Assembly: GCA_963781585.1 (NCBI GenBank)
Contig: CAWAGQ010000004.1
Span: forward strand, 800,001-864,000
Origin: an uncultured Gemmatimonadaceae bacterium
GTDB taxonomy: Bacteria > Gemmatimonadota > Gemmatimonadetes > Gemmatimonadales > Gemmatimonadaceae
Length of the DNA stretch: 64,000 nt
Reading direction: 5' to 3'
The notes below the pieces were generated by a model. It ran no database searches. It worked only from the letters and a program-made list of their open reading frames with translations, and was not told the origin of the DNA. The position numbers were made by a program, and so were the translations under genes. Of the stretch, positions 58,853 through 64,000 are shown piece after piece (positions within the stretch are counted from its first letter, which is position 1; every line of letters starts with the position of its first letter).

Positions 58853-60163
58853 TTAACTGTCCTGGTCGCCGTTCGCTCGAATCAGGGCTCCCGCGCGACG
58901 CAACCGCCCAAGGTTCGTGGCGTCGATCCGGGCCAGCAGCACGAGCTCTTCGCCTTCGTTCCGCTGCTCCAGCACCTGCCCGCTCCGGTGGATGTCCGCC
59001 AGCAGCCGGCCGTCCCCCACCCCGATCCGCAGCTCGGCCAGGGGCCGGTGCCGCCGCAGGGCCGCGCGCAGTGCGTCGCGCAACGGCTCGAGCGCGTCGG
59101 GTGCCACCGCACTCACAAGGACGCTCCCGGGCAGCAGCGACGACATCCGGTCGCCGAGTGCCTGGACGTCCGCCTCCCCCAGAAGGTCCGTCTTGTTGAA
59201 AACGTGCAGCACCGGACGATCCCGCGCCCCCAGCTCACCGAGGACCTGCTCGACGACCTCGCGCTGCTCTTCCCACATCGGGTGCGACGCATCGATCACA
59301 TGCAGCAACAGATCGGCCTCGAGCACTTCTTCGAGCGTCGCGCGAAAGGACGCAACCAGGTGGTGAGGCAGCTTGCGGATGAAACCGACCGTGTCGGTCA
59401 CGACCACACGGAGATTGTCGCCCAGATCGGCCTCGCGGGTGAGCGTATCGAGCGTGGCGAACAGCCGGTCCTCGACAAACACGCCTTCGGCGCTGGTCAG
59501 GCCGCGGAGGATCGACGACTTCCCGGCGTTGGTGTAGCCCACCAGCGCCACCCGGAACTCGCCCCGCCTGCCCTGACGTTGCACTTCGCGCGAGCGTTGG
59601 ACCTCTTCCAGACGTGCCTTGAGCACCCGGATCCGCTGGCCGATCAGCCGACGGTCGGTTTCGAGCTGGGTCTCGCCGGGCCCCCGCAGCCCGATGCCAC
59701 CGCGCATCTTCTCCAGGTGCGACCACATCCGCAGCAGCCGCGGCAGCATGTATTCCAGTTGGGCGAGTTCCACCTGCATGCGCGCCTCACGACTGCGCGC
59801 CCGGGTGGCGAAGATGTCGAGAATGAGCTCGGCGCGATCCATCACCCGGCAGCCGGTTGCATCCTCGATGTTCTTCCCCTGCGTGGGGGAAAGCTCGTCG
59901 TCGAACAGCACGAGTGTGACATCGTCGCGCGTGATCCGCTCGCGCAATTCGTCGATCTTCCCCTTGCCCAGGTAGGTCGCGGGGTTGGGCCGATCGAGTT
60001 GCTGGGTCAGGGTGCCGGCGACGATCGCCCCCGCCGTGTCGGCGAGCCGGTCGAGCTCGAGCAGGTGCTCGTCCAGATGGTACTTCGCGTTCGAACGCTT
60101 CAGCGGCGCGCCGACGAGGAGCGCCCGTTCGACAGGTGGAGCGAGATCGATGAGTGCGCGGAT
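58853..60163 (-). CDS. hflX: GTPase HflX (start uncertain; ATC 60163 proposed)
   Basis: [31 protein letters not shown] and NKTD motifs. Confidence 0.95.
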   Translation of the reverse strand: MRALIDLAPPVERALLVGAPLKRSNAKYHLDEHLLELDRLADTAGAIVAGTLTQQLDRPNPATYLGKGKIDELRERITRDDVTLVLFDDELSPTQGKNIEDATGCRVMDRAELILDIFATRARSREARMQVELAQLEYMLPRLLRMWSHLEKMRGGIGLRGPGETQLETDRRLIGQRIRVLKARLEEVQRSREVQRQGRRGEFRVALVGYTNAGKSSILRGLTSAEGVFVEDRLFATLDTLTREADLGDNLRVVVTDTVGFIRKLPHHLVASFRATLEEVLEADLLLHVIDASHPMWEEQREVVEQVLGELGARDRPVLHVFNKTDLLGEADVQALGDRMSSLLPGSVLVSAVAPDALEPLRDALRAALRRHRPLAELRIGVGDGRLLADIHRSGQVLEQRNEGEELVLLARIDATNLGRLRRAGALIRANGDQDS

Positions 60164-60233
60164 GGCCTGGGTGTCCGAGAGCGGAGGGTGGGAAAATGAG
60201 CGGCGGGCGTCGCGAATCTCCAGTGTCCCGTCG

Positions 60234-60704
60234 CTACGGACGGCCCGACAGGGCGTTGAAGCGACCGTGCCCCTCATACGGCCGCGTGAACTGGCCCAGC
60301 GGCGTCGCGACAGTGATGTCCCCGACCACACGGTAGTCGACGCTTCCCATCTGAATGAGCTGCCGGCCCGCGGCGCCGACCCCGGCATAGGTGAAGGAGA
60401 GGGGGAACTCGAGCTTCGTCGTGTCGGCCTTGTTCACCGTGAAACGCGAGTCGTATGACCCGGCACCGAATTTCACCGTGTCCACGAGCACGTTGTACGT
60501 GAGGCGCACCCCGTCGAGGCGGAAGTCGTTCGGGTTGTAGACCGCGAGCTCCACGTTGACGGTGCCTCCCGAGAGACCGAGCCCGGTGATCTGCGCATTG
60601 TTCAGCGTGACCACCGGTTCCCTGAAGGACGCGCGACCCAGCGTGGCACATGCGGCGGCTGCAGAAACCGAGGCCACCAGCAGGAGAGCTGCCGATCTGC
60701 GCAT
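60234..60704 (-). CDS. LEA_2/WHy domain lipoprotein
   Basis: Signal peptide with AAAC lipobox; VYNPNDFRL motif. Confidence 0.85.
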   Translation of the reverse strand: MRRSAALLLVASVSAAAACATLGRASFREPVVTLNNAQITGLGLSGGTVNVELAVYNPNDFRLDGVRLTYNVLVDTVKFGAGSYDSRFTVNKADTTKLEFPLSFTYAGVGAAGRQLIQMGSVDYRVVGDITVATPLGQFTRPYEGHGRFNALSGRP

Positions 60705-60707
60705 TCG

Positions 60708-62081
60708 TCACACCTCGTCAGGGGAGTGTTGAGTGTCCGGCGGCTCGCCGGCCGCCGACTTCCGCTTGAGTTCGTCCCACCAGACCATGCGCCTGGCGAC
60801 GTCGCGTTCGAATCCAAACTGCCCCGGTTCGTAAAACACGGCTTCCTTCAGGGCGTCCGGCAGATAGTTCTGCGGCGCGTAGACCTGCGGGAAGTCGTGC
60901 GCGTACTCGTACCCTTTCCCATATCCCAGTTCCTTCATGAGCCGCGTGGGTGCATTGCGAATGTGCAGCGGTACGGGTTCGGCCGGATGGGACCGGGCCG
61001 CGTCGAGAGCCGCGGACCAGGCGCGGTACACGCGGTTGGACTTGGGCGCGGTCGCCAGATATACAGCGGCTTCTGCCAGCGCCAGCTCGCCCTCGGGCGA
61101 GCCAAGCATGTGATAGGCGTCACGCGCGGCGAGAGCGACCCGCAGCGCCTGCGGATCGGCAAGTCCCACGTCCTCAGACGCGAATCGAATCGAGCGCCGC
61201 GCGATATACAGCGGGTCCTCGCCACCTTCGATCATCCGCGCCAGCCAGTATAGCGCGCCCTGCGGATCGCTTCCCCGAAGCGCTTTGTGATACGCGGAAA
61301 TCAGGTTGTAGTGCTCCTCGCCCGACTTGTCGTAGCGTGCAACGCGACGCTGCATCGCGTCCCGCAGCACTTCCACCGTGAGGGTGGCTCCGCGGGGCGA
61401 CAGGTCCGCCGCGGCCTCGATGGCATTCAGCGCGCGGCGCGCGTCGCCATCCGATTGTTCCGCGAGCCATTGCAGGGCATCCCCCTCCGTCTGCAGGCCG
61501 CGGCCGGCCAGCCCGCGCTCCGCGTCCGCGAGGGCGCGCTGCAGCACCAGCAGCACATCGTCGGTGTGCAGCGGCTCCAGTACGAACACGCGGGTACGCG
61601 AGAGCAGCGCGCCATTCAGCTCGAACGACGGGTTCTCGGTGGTGGCGCCGATGAGGGTGACGGTGCCGGTTTCCACCGCCTGGAGAAAGGCATCCTGCTG
61701 TGCCCGATTGAAGCGGTGGATCTCGTCCACGAACAGGATCGTGCCGCGGCCCATCTCGAGCCGGCCGCGGGCCTCGGCGATGATTTCGCGCACGCGGGGC
61801 ACGCCTTCGGTGACCGCCGAGAACGGGACGAACTCGCGGTCGGTGTAGCGCGCGATCAGAAAGCCGAGCGTGGTCTTGCCGCTCCCCGGCGGCCCCCAGA
61901 AGATCATCGATCCGACGGAGCCGCGCTCGATGGCGTCGCGCAGGGGCTTCCCCGGGCCCAGCAGATGCCGCTGTCCGACGAACTCTTCCAACGCATGTGG
62001 ACGCATCCGCGCCGCGAGCGGGGAGGCGCGTTCGCTGGCGTCAAACAACGACGCGGGCCTGGTCTCGCGACGGGCGGCCAT
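60708..62081 (-). CDS. rarA: Replication-associated recombination protein A
   Basis: PLAARMRP, WGPPGSGKTT, DEIHRF, GATTENP and SEDVGLADP motifs. Confidence 0.96.
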   Translation of the reverse strand: MAARRETRPASLFDASERASPLAARMRPHALEEFVGQRHLLGPGKPLRDAIERGSVGSMIFWGPPGSGKTTLGFLIARYTDREFVPFSAVTEGVPRVREIIAEARGRLEMGRGTILFVDEIHRFNRAQQDAFLQAVETGTVTLIGATTENPSFELNGALLSRTRVFVLEPLHTDDVLLVLQRALADAERGLAGRGLQTEGDALQWLAEQSDGDARRALNAIEAAADLSPRGATLTVEVLRDAMQRRVARYDKSGEEHYNLISAYHKALRGSDPQGALYWLARMIEGGEDPLYIARRSIRFASEDVGLADPQALRVALAARDAYHMLGSPEGELALAEAAVYLATAPKSNRVYRAWSAALDAARSHPAEPVPLHIRNAPTRLMKELGYGKGYEYAHDFPQVYAPQNYLPDALKEAVFYEPGQFGFERDVARRMVWWDELKRKSAAGEPPDTQHSPDEV

Positions 62082-62082
62082 G

Positions 62083-62610
62083 TCAGCCGGCCTCGAGCCC
62101 CAGCCGCTCGACGATCTCCGCCAGTGCGGGTTCCAGAGCCGGAGCCGGTGGAAACTCGTGGCGCGCGAGCCGCCAGCTGCGCAGCGCCAGCGTCCGAAAC
62201 GGCTCGAGCCCCAGGTCGTGCAGGAAATAGAACCAGCGGTCGCTGCGCCCATACACGAATACCTCGAGATGCGGGCTCAGCGTGATCTGATCGTCGTCGT
62301 CATGGAACGCGCACTCCAGTCCCGCATTCGCGACCAGCAGGCTGCGCAGGCGAAGCGCCGCATCGCGCGCCGCAGCGAGGGGCAGGTTTCCCCGACTCCA
62401 GCGCCGGTCCGAACGGACATCCTCGAGCGAGATGCACACGGTGTCGCTCAGACGCTCCGACAGGAGCAGAAAGAGTTCCACCGCCCGGTCGGCGTTGGCC
62501 ACGATCCGTGCCTCGAACAACCCACGATGCTCCGTGACCACGAAGCCTGCGTGCGGCAGGTGGAACCGGCGCCAGACCTCCGCGACCCGCTCGTGCCCCC
62601 GGATGAACAT
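62083..62610 (-). CDS. Hypothetical protein
   Basis: Fills the gap between cca and rarA with tight spacing; no motif recognised. Confidence 0.7.
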   Translation of the reverse strand: MFIRGHERVAEVWRRFHLPHAGFVVTEHRGLFEARIVANADRAVELFLLLSERLSDTVCISLEDVRSDRRWSRGNLPLAAARDAALRLRSLLVANAGLECAFHDDDDQITLSPHLEVFVYGRSDRWFYFLHDLGLEPFRTLALRSWRLARHEFPPAPALEPALAEIVERLGLEAG

Positions 62611-62613
62611 TGC

Positions 62614-63945
62614 CTAACGATCCTCGTCCCCGGGCGCCCCGCCCGCGATCCGGCGGGCCAGGTCCAGCAGCCGGTCGCGGCTGTTGAGTTCCGGGTCCTC
62701 AAGGACGCGATCGAGCAGCCGCCGCAACAGTGTCCCGAGCTCCGGTCCCGCCGCGAAGCCCGCCGCGTGGAGGTCGTCGCCGTCGACAGCCAGGTCGCCC
62801 AGCGACACGGGGTCGCGATAGGCTACCCGAAGCGCCTGTCGGTACACTGTGATCGCGGTCCCGCCGCCGTGCATCGCGCGTTCGCTCCCGCCCGCGCACC
62901 AGCGTGCGTACGTGACGCGCAACAGGTCACGCATCACCGTGCGGCCCGCGCGGGCCGCCCACCGGCGCAGCCATGACTCCGGCACGTGTGCGGCCGCGTC
63001 GAACATTCCTTCCACCTGGTCGCGCAACTGCGCCCACGCCCCAGCCAGGTGGGCGATCCATCGGAGCTCGCGGTTGGAGGCGCGCAATTCGCGCAATGTC
63101 CGACGAACTCCCTCGTCGTCGAGCCCCAGAAAGAGAGTCGCCAGGCGGTTCAGGCGGCGCGCCGAGGCCAGCTCGGCGCGGCTGGTGAGGTCGGGGAGAC
63201 CGATGTGGTCGGCGGCGCGAAACGCATCGTCGGGCTGGACCACCAGCGCTGGGAGGAGCGCGGCCAAGGCGCCCGACTGGCGCCAGAGTGCCATTGCCCG
63301 GCTTGGCCGGCGCACCTGCTCCATGGTCTTCTCCAATTCCTGCCGCACCCGTTCCCGCGAGAGGCGGGTGAGGAAGGGCGCCGACTCGACGATCGCCTGC
63401 CAGGTTTCGGCGGCGATCTCGAAATCGAACCGGGCCGCGAAACGCAGCGCCCGCAGTGCGCGGAGCCGGTCTTCCTTCATGCGCTCCGCGGGCCTGCCAA
63501 CGGCGCGCACGATGCCCCGCCGGAGATCGGCGCGCCCGTCGAACGGGTCGTGCAGTACCTCGCGTTCCGGAGAGTAGGCGATGGCGTTGATCGTGAAGTC
63601 GCGCCGCGCCAGGTCCTCGTCCAGAGACACACCGTACTCGACTTCGGCATGGCGACCATCGGTCCGTACGTCGCGCCGGAACGTGGTCACTTCGTGCAGA
63701 ACGCCGTCGCGATCCAGCACACCGACCGTGCCGTACTCGATTCCCACCGGAAACGTGCGACGGAAGAGCGACCGGACCACCTCGGGTGTGGCCTGGGTGG
63801 CCAGGTCCCAGTCCAGGTGAGTGCGCCCGAGCAGCGCATCCCGCACCGCCCCACCCACGGCCCACGTCTCGTGGCCAGCGGCCTCCAGGGTGCGCGCGAT
63901 CTCACGCACCGTATTCGGTGGATGCAGGCGCCTGGTCTCGTCCAC
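62614..63945 (-). CDS. cca: CCA-adding tRNA nucleotidyltransferase (class II)
   Basis: VGGAVRD..LG...DWD, TFRRDVRTDGRHAEV, EDLARRDFTINA and EDRLRALR motifs. Confidence 0.92.
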   Translation of the reverse strand: MDETRRLHPPNTVREIARTLEAAGHETWAVGGAVRDALLGRTHLDWDLATQATPEVVRSLFRRTFPVGIEYGTVGVLDRDGVLHEVTTFRRDVRTDGRHAEVEYGVSLDEDLARRDFTINAIAYSPEREVLHDPFDGRADLRRGIVRAVGRPAERMKEDRLRALRALRFAARFDFEIAAETWQAIVESAPFLTRLSRERVRQELEKTMEQVRRPSRAMALWRQSGALAALLPALVVQPDDAFRAADHIGLPDLTSRAELASARRLNRLATLFLGLDDEGVRRTLRELRASNRELRWIAHLAGAWAQLRDQVEGMFDAAAHVPESWLRRWAARAGRTVMRDLLRVTYARWCAGGSERAMHGGGTAITVYRQALRVAYRDPVSLGDLAVDGDDLHAAGFAAGPELGTLLRRLLDRVLEDPELNSRDRLLDLARRIAGGAPGDEDR

Positions 63946-64000
63946 AGCCGCGGCGGATTCCTCGTGGCGACGGCGCGTCAGGTCACCAGTTGGCTCAGCC

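Noticed and set aside
62614..63945. CC-only adding enzyme or poly(A) polymerase
   Set aside because: The loop RRDVRTDGRHAEV resembles that of full CCA-adding enzymes, and EDxxRRD is intact.

Overview
This is a high-GC (about 70% by eye), gene-dense core-genome segment, mostly on the minus strand. Gene content and order suggest a Gemmatimonadota bacterium, but that is inference only. It carries lysC-asd-M20 peptidase, galK with a GH125-like gene, recN-nadK-dxs-ispA-xseB-xseA-folD-rny, zapA, pheST, infC-rpmI-rplT, arcA and rex, an RsbU/W/V partner-switching module, pta-coaD-rsmD-recJ, dnaG, a frameshifted mutS2, rpsU, hemW-hrcA-dnaJ-prmA-rsmE, dprA, obgE, hldA, gmd, hflX, rarA, cca and four tRNAs (Leu-TAA, Gly-GCC, Ile2-CAT, Val-CAC). 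No CRISPR array, transposase or integrase was seen. The strongest unexplained signal is the non-palindromic octamer GCCTAACG/CGTTAGGC. I counted 20 exact copies by eye, in both orientations, mostly inside core genes where they require rare TTA/CCT codons. A 7-copy array of the motif with exact 11-bp phasing lies at 12648-12721. It is a candidate DNA-uptake sequence or chromosome-wide protein-binding signal. Other notable items: a membrane-anchored protein with a degenerate [FeFe]-hydrogenase/Nar1-like domain, a perfect Rex operator between arcA and rex, candidate 6S RNA and L20-leader RNAs, non-AUG starts (infC ATT, probably hflX ATC), apparent leaderless genes, intergenic heptamer arrays and a decayed islet at tRNA-Leu.
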